The position numbers were made by a program, and so were the translations under genes. This document shows, in pieces, positions 9,507 to 19,989 of a stretch of 64,000 nt of DNA; position 1 is the first letter of the stretch, and every line of letters begins with the position of its first letter. The notes beneath the pieces were generated by a model, which ran no database searches, was not told where the DNA came from, and was given only the letters and a program-made list of their open reading frames with translations. The DNA comes from Nitrospirota bacterium (GTDB lineage Bacteria > Nitrospirota > UBA9217), in contig CAVTRN010000001.1 in NCBI GenBank assembly GCA_963737155.1, positions 1,184,001-1,248,000 on the forward strand, written 5' to 3'.

Positions 9507-10163
9507 TTGTCGGTCGATTTCAAACTGTATCTCATCACTGACCGGAAACAAATTAAAATACCACTTCCAGAAGCTGTCAGGCTAGCTCTTTTGGGCGGAG
9601 TGAGAGCAATCCAGGTTCGGGAAAAAGACTTGCCGGTGAGGGATCTGCTTAGCCTTTCGCGCGAACTCAGAATATTAACTAAAGCATTCGGCGCAAAGCT
9701 TTTTATTAATGATCAAGTGGACATTGCCGTAGCAGTTGAGGCGGATGGCATCCATCTAGGCCACCAGAGTATGCCGGCATCAGCAGCCAGAAAAATCGTC
9801 GGTAATAAGATGTTGATCGGTGTTTCAACTCACAGTATTGATGAAGCCTGCGTGGCAGAGACAGATGGGTCTGATTTTATTACTTTCGGACCAATTTATA
9901 AAACGCCATCTAAATCAAAAATGGGGAAACCGATTGGTTTAGAGCTAATAAAAGACGTTGTCAAGGCTGTTAATATTCCTGTTTTCGCTATAGGTGGGAT
10001 ACATGGCAGAAATTTAGGTAATGCACTTTGGGCCGGAGCTTATGGGGTCTCCATGATATCAGCGATTTTCGGAGCAGAAGATATCGGGAAAAAGGCTAAG
10101 AATATAACGGAAATGATCCGGATTGTTGATAGATCAATCTGTGTCCAGTGCGGCCGAAAGTAA
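9507..10163 (+). CDS. thiE: thiamine phosphate synthase
   Basis: LYLITD, QVREK, IND, GIHLG, GVSTH, AIGGI. Confidence 0.93.
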   Translation: MSVDFKLYLITDRKQIKIPLPEAVRLALLGGVRAIQVREKDLPVRDLLSLSRELRILTKAFGAKLFINDQVDIAVAVEADGIHLGHQSMPASAARKIVGNKMLIGVSTHSIDEACVAETDGSDFITFGPIYKTPSKSKMGKPIGLELIKDVVKAVNIPVFAIGGIHGRNLGNALWAGAYGVSMISAIFGAEDIGKKAKNITEMIRIVDRSICVQCGRK

Positions 10164-10212
10164 TTGAAATTCCAAGGAGTTATGAAGACCAGAAAATCAA
10201 TTGAGGTGAGGA

Positions 10213-11511
10213 ATGAATCAGATACTTGAAGCGCGAAAGGGGAATAGGACCCCTGAGATGGAGGCCGTGTCAAGAACCGAGAGTGTAAGTGCTGATCTTG
10301 TTATGGAAGGTGTGGCCAAAGGTACGATTGTCATTACACGGAACAGCCGGCATGCATCCATCGCGCCGCTTGGCGTCGGCAAGGGGCTGCGCACGAAAAT
10401 CAATGCGAACATCGGGACCTCAAAAGACCGTATGTCTATTGAGGGAGAGATAGAAAAACTGAAAGCGGCTGTTGCCGCTGGTGCTGACGCTGTTATGGAT
10501 CTTTCAACCGGCGGACCTATTGTTGGTATTCGCAAAGAGATACTGAAACAGTCCACCGTGTCCATCGGCACCGTCCCTATCTACCAGGCTGCGGTCGAAA
10601 CCGTGGAGCAGGGAAAATCGATCGTTGAGATGGACCCCGATCTGTTATTCCGCGTGATTGAGGAACAGTCTGAGGAAGGTGTGGATTTCATAACAGTCCA
10701 CTGCGGCGTAACCATTGCGAGCGTGGAGCGGCTCAGGAAGCAGGGCAGGATCATGGATGTCGTCAGCCGCGGCGGGGCTTTTCACCTCGAATGGATAATT
10801 TGCAACGAGCGGGAGAACCCGCTGTTCACGCAGTATGACCGCCTCATCGAGATTGCGAAGAAATACGATGTTACGTTGTCGCTCGGCGACGGCATGCGGC
10901 CGGGATGTCTGGCTGATGCCACGGACCGGGCGCAAATCGAGGAGCTTATCACCTTGGGGGAGCTTCGGGACCGAGCCCACGAAGCGGGCGTGCAGGTCAT
11001 GATCGAAGGTCCCGGCCATGTGCCGATCAACCAGGTCGAAACGAACATGAAAATCCAGAAAGAGCTTTGCAAAGGAGCCCCATTCTATGTGCTTGGACCT
11101 CTCGTGACTGATGTGGCGCCGGGATATGATCATATTACCTCTGCCATCGGTGGCGCCATTGCAGGAGCTGCGGGGGCCGACTTCCTCTGCTATGTAACCC
11201 CTTCGGAACATCTGCGTCTGCCGGACCTTGACGATGTGCGTGAGGGTGTAGTCGCTTCACGCATAGCTGCGCACGCCGCCGACATCGCGAAAGGCGTCAA
11301 AGGCGCCATAGACTGGGACAACGAAATGGCGCGGCGGCGCAAAGCGTTGGACTGGGAAGGACAGATCGAGCTTTGTCTTGATCCAGTCAAGGCCCGCCGA
11401 TTACGCGAATCGAGTGTTCCGAAAGAATCCGATGTCTGCACCATGTGCGGCGAGTTCTGCTCAATGAAGGGAGTGAGCAAATACCTAAAAAAGGACGAGG
11501 CACGTCGGTAG
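10213..11511 (+). CDS. thiC: phosphomethylpyrimidine synthase
   Basis: KINANIGTS, MDLSTGG, SRGG, EGPGH, CTMCGEFC. Confidence 0.97.
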   Translation: MNQILEARKGNRTPEMEAVSRTESVSADLVMEGVAKGTIVITRNSRHASIAPLGVGKGLRTKINANIGTSKDRMSIEGEIEKLKAAVAAGADAVMDLSTGGPIVGIRKEILKQSTVSIGTVPIYQAAVETVEQGKSIVEMDPDLLFRVIEEQSEEGVDFITVHCGVTIASVERLRKQGRIMDVVSRGGAFHLEWIICNERENPLFTQYDRLIEIAKKYDVTLSLGDGMRPGCLADATDRAQIEELITLGELRDRAHEAGVQVMIEGPGHVPINQVETNMKIQKELCKGAPFYVLGPLVTDVAPGYDHITSAIGGAIAGAAGADFLCYVTPSEHLRLPDLDDVREGVVASRIAAHAADIAKGVKGAIDWDNEMARRRKALDWEGQIELCLDPVKARRLRESSVPKESDVCTMCGEFCSMKGVSKYLKKDEARR

Positions 11512-11550
11512 GATTCAGAAAAAATTCTTTTAAACAGGTTGAGGCAGATT

Positions 11551-12402
11551 ATGAAAAAAACTTTTGCAGTTCTTATCATTACCCTGGCAGCAATGTTTGG
11601 CGGTCTGTCCACTGGGGGCGCGGCCCCGAGGCCCCGGGTCGTTCTTACTCCGAGAAAAGCGGGCCCTGGAGACCTGCTGCTCATTACGGTAAAAAATTCC
11701 GGCGGTCCTGTTGAGGGGAAATTTGCAGGCCGGCGCATCTATTTCAATCCTGTGGGAAAGGCGATGAAGGCGGTCGTTGGCGTTGACCTGAACAGTGAGC
11801 CTGGTATGTATCCACTTGAACTCTTGATCAACGGGGCCAAGTACACCAGCGAAGTCAGAATCTTCAAAAAGAAATACCCTCTCCAGCGCCTCACGCTCCC
11901 CGAAAACAAGGTCATCCTCTCGCAGGAGAATGAGGCAAGGGCTGACCGAGAGCAAAAAAAGATGGGAATGATCTGGGCTGTGGAGTCCCTGCGCCAGTGG
12001 AATGGAAACTTCCGGAATCCGCTCCCGGGAAAAGAAATCACGACTCTGTTTGGCGTGCGACGTATCATCAACAATATCCCTAAAAGCTCCCATACCGGTG
12101 TGGACCTCGCCGCTAAAGAGGGTGATCCGGTTCGTGCGCCGAACGATGGTGTAGTCGTCTTAGCGGAAGATCTGTTTTACTCCGGCAACAGTCTAGTGCT
12201 TGATCATGGGCAGGGGATATACACCATGTTCTTTCACCTTTCGAAAATGAACGTTAGCCATGGACAGTCGGTGAAGAAGGGCGAAGTCATTGGCCTCGTC
12301 GGTGCAACCGGGAGGGTAACAGGTCCCTGCCTGCACTGGGGAGCTCGCGTCCAGGGCGCGCGTGTCGATCCGCTGGAATTGATTCATTTGAAATTGGAAT
12401 AA
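11551..12402 (+). CDS. secreted M23 family metallopeptidase
   Basis: signal peptide; HTGVD, GATGRVTGPCLHW. Confidence 0.88.
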   Translation: MKKTFAVLIITLAAMFGGLSTGGAAPRPRVVLTPRKAGPGDLLLITVKNSGGPVEGKFAGRRIYFNPVGKAMKAVVGVDLNSEPGMYPLELLINGAKYTSEVRIFKKKYPLQRLTLPENKVILSQENEARADREQKKMGMIWAVESLRQWNGNFRNPLPGKEITTLFGVRRIINNIPKSSHTGVDLAAKEGDPVRAPNDGVVVLAEDLFYSGNSLVLDHGQGIYTMFFHLSKMNVSHGQSVKKGEVIGLVGATGRVTGPCLHWGARVQGARVDPLELIHLKLE

Positions 12403-12461
12403 TTGTATCTTGCAAGACTGCCACCCGTCCCAACCCCGCCCCCTTTGTCAAAGAGGGTTGA

Positions 12462-13253
12462 GTGACGGGAAGTCGGAACAGATTCGTGACAAAACTCCTC
12501 TCCATAGCCGGCTCTGATCCTTCTTCGGGCGCCGGGATCCAAGTCGACTTGAAAACGTTTCAGGCCCTCGGCGTCTTCGGCATGGCTATCCCTGCGGCAC
12601 TCACGGTACAAAACAGCAGCGGGGTCTTAGAAGTTGAACCGCTCTCTGGTCAAATATTGTCAAAACAGCTGTATGCATTGCTTTCTGATATCAAGCCCCA
12701 TGCCATTAAAACAGGCATGCTCCTGACAAAACAGAATATGAATGCTGTGGCAAAAGCTGTGAAAAAGTTCAATGTCCGGAATCTGATCATTGATCCAGTG
12801 CTTCGTTCGAGTTCCGGCAGAATGCTGATTGAGCCCGATGCTGTTGAAGCACTCAAGAAAAAACTTATTCCCCTTGCTCTAATAGTAACCCCTAATATTC
12901 CTGAGGCTGAAGTTCTTGCGGGGATGTCGATCAGATCGGAGAAGGACATGGATTTCGCTGCCGGCAGGATCCTTGACAGGGGACCGTCATATGTATTGAT
13001 TAAGGGAGGGCATAGGCGAGGCCCCGCAATTGATACCCTCTATGGCGGCAAAAGGGTGTTCACCTTTTCCACATTGAGGCGAGAAGGAGAGTTTCACGGC
13101 ACGGGCTGTGTACTAGCATCAGCTTTGGCAGTGTTTATAGCGGAGGGATTACCTGTGGAAAAGGCTGTGGAAAATGCGAAACAGTTTGTGGACAAGATGT
13201 TGAAAATCGCGAAACCGCTGGGAAAGAACCGGACCAAGTACTTTCAGTTTTAA
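12462..13253 (+). CDS. thiD: hydroxymethylpyrimidine/phosphomethylpyrimidine kinase
   Basis: IAGSDPSSGAGIQ, KTGML, TPNIPEAE, HGTGC. Confidence 0.95.
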   Translation: MTGSRNRFVTKLLSIAGSDPSSGAGIQVDLKTFQALGVFGMAIPAALTVQNSSGVLEVEPLSGQILSKQLYALLSDIKPHAIKTGMLLTKQNMNAVAKAVKKFNVRNLIIDPVLRSSSGRMLIEPDAVEALKKKLIPLALIVTPNIPEAEVLAGMSIRSEKDMDFAAGRILDRGPSYVLIKGGHRRGPAIDTLYGGKRVFTFSTLRREGEFHGTGCVLASALAVFIAEGLPVEKAVENAKQFVDKMLKIAKPLGKNRTKYFQF

Positions 13254-13344
13254 CTTGCAATTCTACCTTGCTACAGGGTCACCGCATAGAGGGAAGAGTT
13301 GAAACCGTAGGATTCTCATAAGGTAATCGTCTTCCCTTTTATAG

Positions 13345-13373
13345 ATACCCCGCAGCTTGCTGCGGGGAGGTTC
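13345..13373. repeat. IS200/IS605-type end hairpin (isolated remnant)
   Basis: CCCCGCAGC-TT-GCTGCGGGG followed by AGGTTC. Confidence 0.5.
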
Positions 13374-13768
13374 GTTGTTCAGGATGTTTGGCTGTACTTA
13401 GCGGGCTGTAATCAGGTGCAACCAAAGCGTTGTCATCTAATATCCGATTCAGAAACCTCCGACTTTTCTATCTTCGACTAACTTCAGAAACTTAGTATAT
13501 GGTTTACTCGTCAACATCAAATTCTTCATCTCCGGCCCGACATATTCGTTGACCATAAAACTCTGGGTCATGGACGAATGATATTTGCCGATATTTTGAA
13601 CGTCTTTGTAGTTGCTTTTGTGTATGTCGAGTTCGCGGGGCTGATGAGCCTGTTGCTCAAACCATTTTTTGTGAAATACGACCATTGATTTTATTGAACA
13701 TATTTTTTACAAAATGATCCAAAAGGCTATTTGTGCAACAGGCTCTGATATCACAAGTTTATCCTCCT

Positions 13769-13810
13769 AAGCCGAAAACCCTGTCTTTTCAGAACGGGGA
13801 TATAAGGCGC
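13769..13810 (+). repeat. IS200/IS605 left-end-like hairpin
   Basis: AAGCCGAAAACCCTGTCTTTTCAGAACGGGGATATAAGGC resembles the CCCCGTCCTTCAGGGCGGGG-type ends. Confidence 0.45.
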
Positions 13811-14093
13811 TGGTTGCGAAGCAGCCAGAGGTGCCTTTACCACTAATGAGTGGACAATGATCACTAGCATGATATACGCAATAACGATGGCTGAACCCAC
13901 TAAAGATATCCCAGTAAGCATCATTCAACTTGTTCACGATGGATCCAATATTTATGATAGCTTGCTGGATCTTATGGCACCATCGGCAATTACCGTAGTT
14001 TGGGCATTACAAGTGATTAGTAATGAAGATGTTATTATCATAGAGGGCCGGATTGATAAACATCCGATAAGAATCGTGTTTAAAAACAGCTTG

Positions 14094-14199
14094 TGACATT
14101 TTTTGTCAGTGTGTAATGACAAACGGTAATGGCATTCTGATGTTATATTTTCTTAGTTAATTGAAATTACTAACTTTATATAATGGCATATATTATGCT
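14094..14199 (+). promoter_or_regulatory. sigma54 promoter with upstream activator-site palindrome (PilR-like)
   Basis: TGGCATATATTATGCT (GG-N10-GC) at 14184-14199; TGACA-N5-TGTCA at 14094-14108; AT-rich spacer between them. Confidence 0.7.
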
Positions 14200-14336
14200 T
14201 TCTTTAATAGTAAGAATAGAAAACGTAAACAAATGGAGAGGAATTAGTATGCATTGTAAAGCTTTTAACAGTGAGTATTGATGATATATAGGAATTTTGT
14301 AAATCCATCACAAGTAATTTTATAGGAGGTAATCAA

Positions 14337-14912
14337 ATGAAATTTAAAAACAGCCAAGGATTTACCCTTATCGAACTCCTCATTGTAGTGGCTATCATTG
14401 CCATTTTGGCTGCTATTGCCATTCCGCAGTTTTCTCAGTATCGTGTGAAAGGTTATAATGCTGCTGCATTGGCTGACCTGCGCAATGCCCGCACTTCGGA
14501 AGAAGCTTTCTACTCTGACTGGCAGGCATATGTATCGACTGCGGGTAATGGTGCCACTGGCAATGTGATCACCAACGCAACGATTAGCACTATGATTGCT
14601 CAAAATGCAATTGATGGTTCAACAATTCCATCCTCTGCTACGTACATAAATTTTGGTCTTTCCCAAAACGACTCTTTATTAATTAATGCAAATGATTCAG
14701 GTAATACTTATACCGGAGTTTCAGATAATACTTCGGGAAATCGCTGTTATGGTATGGATTCCACAACGACGTCTCTATATTGGTCCCAAAATGTTACCGG
14801 CTCTGCCTTAGGCGCAGAGGTTAAGCCTAGTGATATATCTGGAACTGCTACTACCAATAACTTGGTTAATGCTCCCGCCGGAGTTTGCGCGATCGTTTGG
14901 ACAACATTGTAA
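14337..14912 (+). CDS. pilA: type IV major pilin (prepilin N-terminal cleavage/methylation domain)
   Basis: G|FTLIELLIVVAIIAILAAIAIPQFSQYR; strong RBS AGGAGG; C-terminal Cys pair. Confidence 0.9.
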   Translation: MKFKNSQGFTLIELLIVVAIIAILAAIAIPQFSQYRVKGYNAAALADLRNARTSEEAFYSDWQAYVSTAGNGATGNVITNATISTMIAQNAIDGSTIPSSATYINFGLSQNDSLLINANDSGNTYTGVSDNTSGNRCYGMDSTTTSLYWSQNVTGSALGAEVKPSDISGTATTNNLVNAPAGVCAIVWTTL

Positions 14913-14944
14913 CCAATTTATAAGCCATAGTATCAACATAAAAT

Positions 14945-14978
14945 ATATACAGGCCGGGGTATCTCCTGCCTGTATACT
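14945..14978 (+). terminator. hairpin after the pilin gene
   Basis: TATACAGGC...GCCTGTATA. Confidence 0.5.
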
Positions 14979-15314
14979 TATGAAAACACCATTTCTCAGA
15001 AGGCTCATTTTGGAAACTGTTCAAATCATTAGCTTCATTCGTATTAAAGTTGAAAAGGACTCTCAAAGGTAATTCTTCTGATAAAGGAACTAACTATCGC
15101 CATCCACCATGAAGCAGGAATCCCGTGTTTTCAGTCAGTTGAGAGTTCTTCTGGATTCCCGACTACGCGGGTTGACTGTATGAAATGTTTTTTCCTCAGT
15201 AACAAGCATCTCTCAACTTGTTGCGAAAGATCAATTATTTTTATTTGAGCGATACTTTGACAAAGAACTAGATAAAACCACCGGGGGCAATTACCGAAAA
15301 GCATACAGTCTTAA

Positions 15315-17315
15315 CCCATCTTCCGCAGTTTGATCATCTTTTAAACTATTTTGAGCCGGTTTGAGCAACCAACTTATTGATTTTTTTAATGGTGATCTTT
15401 GAAAACCGCGTGTAGTGCCGACCACCCTCTTGCCTCCCTCGTTCTTTTCAGCGATAATGCGAGCAGAGGAGAACAAGGTAGATGTACTTGCGTCGACGCC
15501 GTCGTAAAAAAAATGGAACTGAATACGAGTCGTGGGCACTTGTAGAATCTATTCGTACTGCCAAGGGGCCGCGCCAGACCACCGTCGCTACCATCGGCAA
15601 GCTACCCGGCCTCGATCGGGAAGAGCGAGTGGGATGGGGAGAGATCGGGCGAATCCTGGACGGTAAACCAGCGCCGTCCCTTTCGCTATTTGACAAAAAC
15701 GATGATATCCCGTCGTGGGCGACGGTCAATGTCAAAGGAGTGCAAGTTGATCGCCTGCGCTCTTTTGGTGATGTCTATCTTGCACTTGCGATGTGGAGGA
15801 GACTCAGGCTTTCGGAATTTTGTGAAGAGCATATCAAGGTTGGAAGAGAAGAAGTACCGTGGTCGATCATGGCCTGCATTTTGACTCTGGCACGATTCTG
15901 CGCACCATCCTCGGATCTCCAAGTGGCCGACTTCTGGTATGGCACAACTGCACTGGATGATCTGTTGGGCGTGCCCAAAGAGAAGATCAACGATGACCGG
16001 CTCTACCGGGCACTTGATGCCCTGCTGCCCCACAAGGAGGCCCTATGCAGGCATCTGCAGCAGCGGTACGGAGAACTATTCGGGACACGGTTCGATTTTC
16101 TCTTTTACGACATCACGTCGACATATTTTGAAGGGGCCATGACGGGGAACTCGCAAGCAAAGCGCGGATACAGTCGAGACGGCCGGCCTGATTGTGTCCA
16201 GGTTACCATCGGGCTTGTGGCGAGCAAAGAGGGACTGCCGTTGGCCTTTGAAGTCTTCGATGGGAACCGGACCGATGTGACTACCGTAGAAGAGATGGTC
16301 GAGACAATGGCAACGAAATACGGCAAGGCCGAGCGCATATGGGTGATGGATCGCGGCATGGTGAGTGAAGAGAATCTCGAATATATGCGCGAGCAGGGAG
16401 CCCGATATCTGGTCGGCACGCCCAAGGCCATGCTTAAGAAATTCGAGCGTGAGTTGCTTATGGAGAACTGGCAAACAGTCCGGCCCGATGTGGAGATCAA
16501 GCTCTGCCCGTCACCTGACGGCAGCGAAGAAACGTTCCTTCTGTGCCGTTCAAAAGGACGCAAAGAGAAGGAAGAAGCGATTCTGAACCGGTTCATCACC
16601 CGGTTGGAAGAAGGCCTTACAAAAATGCAGAATCAGGCCAGCGCGGGCAAACTCCGGGATAAGCAGAAGGTAGAACGAAGAATCGGCAGGCTTCTCGAAC
16701 GGAATAGCCGTGCGGCATCATTGTACGAAGTCCTGGTCTCTGAGACAGGAAGCGGCAAAGACACACGCCTAAGCATCACAATCACCAAAAACGAAGAACG
16801 ATACAACTGGGCGCTCAAAACAAGCGGCAGCTATCTCTTGCGTACGAACTGGCCCGAACGCGATCCGCAGGAGCTGTGGAAGACCTATATCGAGCTGACG
16901 CAGGTGGAGGATGCTTTTCGCATAAGCAAAAGCGATCTTGGTATGCGACCAATCTTCCATCAGAAGAAAGATCGCACCCAGGCGCACATCCTTGTGTGTT
17001 TCCTCTCACTCGCCATGTGGCGGATGCTCTCGCACTGGATGTCCTGTTCCGGCATCGGCAGCGCGCCAAGGAAACTAATCGAAGAACTGCGTATTGTAAA
17101 ATCGCTCGACGTGTTGTTGCCAACACGCGATAAGACAATCAGACTTCGGGTGGTGAGCAAGGCGCCGAAGGACCTACAGCCGCTTCTTCAGAGACTCAAG
17201 CTGCCGTTACCGAACAGACCGAAGATAGTTGAAAATGTAGTGCCGACTTTTGCCAATTGTGCAAGCTAAGAAACTGATTTATTGGAACTTTGAATTTTTT
17301 ACTGCGGAAGATGGG
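15315..17315 (+). mobile_element. IS1634-family insertion sequence (about 2001 bp)
   Basis: perfect terminal IR CCCATCTTCCGCAGT / ACTGCGGAAGATGGG flanked by TTAA on both sides. Confidence 0.92.
15482..17269 (+). CDS. IS1634 family transposase
   Basis: YDITSTYFEG, GYSRDGRPD, DRGM, VEDAFR..KSDL..RPIFH, AHILVCFL. Confidence 0.95.
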   Translation: MYLRRRRRKKNGTEYESWALVESIRTAKGPRQTTVATIGKLPGLDREERVGWGEIGRILDGKPAPSLSLFDKNDDIPSWATVNVKGVQVDRLRSFGDVYLALAMWRRLRLSEFCEEHIKVGREEVPWSIMACILTLARFCAPSSDLQVADFWYGTTALDDLLGVPKEKINDDRLYRALDALLPHKEALCRHLQQRYGELFGTRFDFLFYDITSTYFEGAMTGNSQAKRGYSRDGRPDCVQVTIGLVASKEGLPLAFEVFDGNRTDVTTVEEMVETMATKYGKAERIWVMDRGMVSEENLEYMREQGARYLVGTPKAMLKKFERELLMENWQTVRPDVEIKLCPSPDGSEETFLLCRSKGRKEKEEAILNRFITRLEEGLTKMQNQASAGKLRDKQKVERRIGRLLERNSRAASLYEVLVSETGSGKDTRLSITITKNEERYNWALKTSGSYLLRTNWPERDPQELWKTYIELTQVEDAFRISKSDLGMRPIFHQKKDRTQAHILVCFLSLAMWRMLSHWMSCSGIGSAPRKLIEELRIVKSLDVLLPTRDKTIRLRVVSKAPKDLQPLLQRLKLPLPNRPKIVENVVPTFANCAS

Positions 17316-18420
17316 TTAATCAAAAACAGTCTCGTTAACATTAACCTGTTTCACAGCTTATCCAAAGCTATTGTCAACGATGCAGAGGCTCGCGGCTCTC
17401 CACGATCATCGTGGGGGACCTCAATGGCATTAGAGATGGAAAAGACTAGGGGAAAAAGGGGAATCAGCAACTTCACAAACGCCGTTTGACCGGATCATCA
17501 GAATGCTCACGTACAAAGCCTGGATGAAAGGTATCCGCGTTGTGAAAATAGATGAGAGCTATACGAGCCAAACCTGTTGCATTTGTCGAGGCCACGATGC
17601 CCACGATTAGCTTTTCGCTTTGCATCACATACGCAACCAATGCGGAGATGTAATTAATACTGACGCAAACGAAGAATCAACATCCTGAAAAAGTATCGCC
17701 CGGGGCAAATAAATATCTCTTTGAGTAGTGGGTGCCTGGTACAGCTTGCGGTTAACTGGTTTGCCTGGAGAAATACCAGGCCAGCTACATCAGTCCATAA
17801 ACCGGGAACAAGGCAAACTTCCCTGCCGCGTCTGCGAAGAGAATCTGCAGTGGCTTGGAGCAGCTGTAGAGCCTGATTCAGGAATCTTCCGCCTTAAGGC
17901 CAGGAGGAGGTCAACTGTTCCGATTCGTGTCCGGGTCAGAGAGCGGGTTGAAAATATACGATGTCAATCGACCGTCTATGAAACTTGCTCACACTGCCCT
18001 TGATCGCTTCCGTCCTCTTTCTCAATCTCGAAGACTATGCCAATAACTAGGCGTCCAGTGATCCGGAATGCGTCTTTATCCACTCTCTTTAATGGTTTTT
18101 TATAGATGACGCGTATTGCATAAATTTATATGAAGTGTCCAGTCAAGGGGATATAAATCCTTGAGCCATGTCACTGGTGAAACGTAAGAGTAGTATTGGT
18201 GACACCTTTTTACTCGTGACAACTAGTTTATATTTTTTTATGCCGACGTCTTCCTTCATGGTACTGCGGAGTATCTGTCTCATAACAACTTGCTTTTTGT
18301 TTTAGAGTTGCCGATATAAGGTATTCGTGATAGAATCCAACGCATTATTTAACCGCTGAGCGAAAAGAGTAGAAGATACATGGACAACTGTCTATTCGTA
18401 GTTCTGCAGGGGAGGTTGTA

Positions 18421-19128
18421 ATGCGCATTGACAAAAGGAAAGCAGACGAACTCCGTAAGGTAAAAATCACCAGAAATTACATCCAGGCCGCGGAGGGCTC
18501 GGTGCTGATCGAGATGGGCGACACAAAAGTCATCTGTACTGCCACGATCGAGAACTCCGTTCCGCCGTTCCTCAAAGGGAAGGGCACAGGCTGGGTGACG
18601 GCCGAATATGCCATGTTGCCGCGGTCGTCGGCCCAGCGGATTCAGCGTGAGCGTAACAAGGTTGGCGGCCGGACGCACGAAATTCAGCGTTTGATCGGCC
18701 GCGCACTGCGTTCGGTCGTGGACATGAATGCCCTAGGGGAGCGGACTGTGCTGATCGACTGCGATGTGATACAGGCAGATGGTGGGACGCGCACTGCTTC
18801 GATCACGGGAGCCTATGTCGCGCTTGTGGATGCGCTTCGCTCTGTAAAAAGGCAGAAGCTGATCGAGGTGACACCTGTGAAAGACCATTTGGCAGCGGTA
18901 AGCGTGGGGATCGTCAATGGGAAACCGCTGCTCGATCTGTGTTATGTCGAAGACGCATCGGCAGAGGTGGACATGAACCTGGTCATGACCGGTAGTGGGA
19001 AAATCGTCGAAGTGCAGGGCACGGCTGAAGGTGAGCCGTTCACCAAAGCGGAACTAGGTAAACTTCTCAGCTTGGGGGAAAAAGGGATCAATGCTTTGAT
19101 AAGGAAACAGAAGGAAGTTTTTAAATGA
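18421..19128 (+). CDS. rph: ribonuclease PH
   Basis: [36 protein letters not shown]. Confidence 0.97.
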   Translation: MRIDKRKADELRKVKITRNYIQAAEGSVLIEMGDTKVICTATIENSVPPFLKGKGTGWVTAEYAMLPRSSAQRIQRERNKVGGRTHEIQRLIGRALRSVVDMNALGERTVLIDCDVIQADGGTRTASITGAYVALVDALRSVKRQKLIEVTPVKDHLAAVSVGIVNGKPLLDLCYVEDASAEVDMNLVMTGSGKIVEVQGTAEGEPFTKAELGKLLSLGEKGINALIRKQKEVFK

Positions 19129-19875
19129 TATCTTTCCTGACGTCTCTTTTTATCGTTTTCCAGACCGAGAGGGGCGGCAAGACCCAGACGCTCGCCATGG
19201 CCTTTGTTTCTCGGTTCCAGTGGTAGACTGTGTTGTTTGGTATATTTGTGTCAACAGCGGCAAACCACTTCTTGCAGTCTCTGCGGGAACGTATCTCTCG
19301 AATGTAGTTCCGCTTATTTATCGAAAGCGAAGAAGAAGACCACGAGCGTTAGCTCGTGGATGAATGCGTCCATTTTATTTCTCTTTCCATGTCTGTTGAG
19401 TGAGGAGGCAGTGCTTTGGACGTTCAAAAGTGCCACAGGCGTTAGTCCGCTGGTACCGGTGAATAATCACCGTCCCTGTTTCCTTCATTCTGCTCGGATT
19501 CTGGATCTTTCGCTGAGATTCACTTGGTGATGAAGATGAATTATAACCCTTTCTGGACTGTAACAGTAGCCTTCGTTCTTGCCGGGAAGGGTGGCAGATC
19601 CAACTTGCCAGCGCGGCACTCGCGGCTGAATTTAATAGCATCGTTCTCACCTGGGCGGGTACCACGACAGGGATGACGATAGCCGACACCAACGGAAGCA
19701 TCATTACGCATCGGCATCGTTATGTATAAGAGAGATCGGCAAAAAGGTCAAGTGGATTGCGGCTCTTGTTTTCTTCGTCTCCGGCCTGTGGCGATTGTAT
19801 CAATCTCTGTCTTGTACAAATTCACTCCATAGATTCCCCCGATATCAATCATAGAAAACATAGTTCTGTTTTTTC

Positions 19876-19904
19876 TTGACAAAGCTACACCCCCGTTTTA
19901 CAAT
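19876..19904 (+). promoter_or_regulatory. sigma70 promoter TTGACA-17-TACAAT
   Basis: near-consensus hexamers; AAAACA-N6-TGTTTT palindrome immediately upstream. Confidence 0.6.
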
Positions 19905-19989
19905 TAAACACCTGTTTTAAAATAAAAGGAGTTCTCCTATATACGTAACACTCCAATATCCTTATTATTTATCTTGTTGCCATTCGGAC

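Larger units (their letters stand above)
15220..17914 (+). pseudogene. tnpB: decayed IS200/IS605 tnpB with right end and omegaRNA region, interrupted by IS1634
   Basis: RYFDKELDK...AYSL before the IS; LFHSLSKAIV, TIIVGDLNGIR, NQQLH, MLTYKA..GIRVVKIDESYTSQTC..C and INxDxN..NILKK after it; end hairpin + GGAGGTCAA at 17881-17914. Confidence 0.8.

Noticed and set aside
14337-17914. TldR-like system (nuclease-dead TnpB regulating a surface filament gene)
   Set aside because: tnpB is broken by stops, frameshifts and an IS; the only guide match seen is 9 nt at ~12473-12481, compatible with chance
19140-19850. possible decayed gene on the minus strand after rph
   Set aside because: No recognisable motif; the ORFs here look spurious
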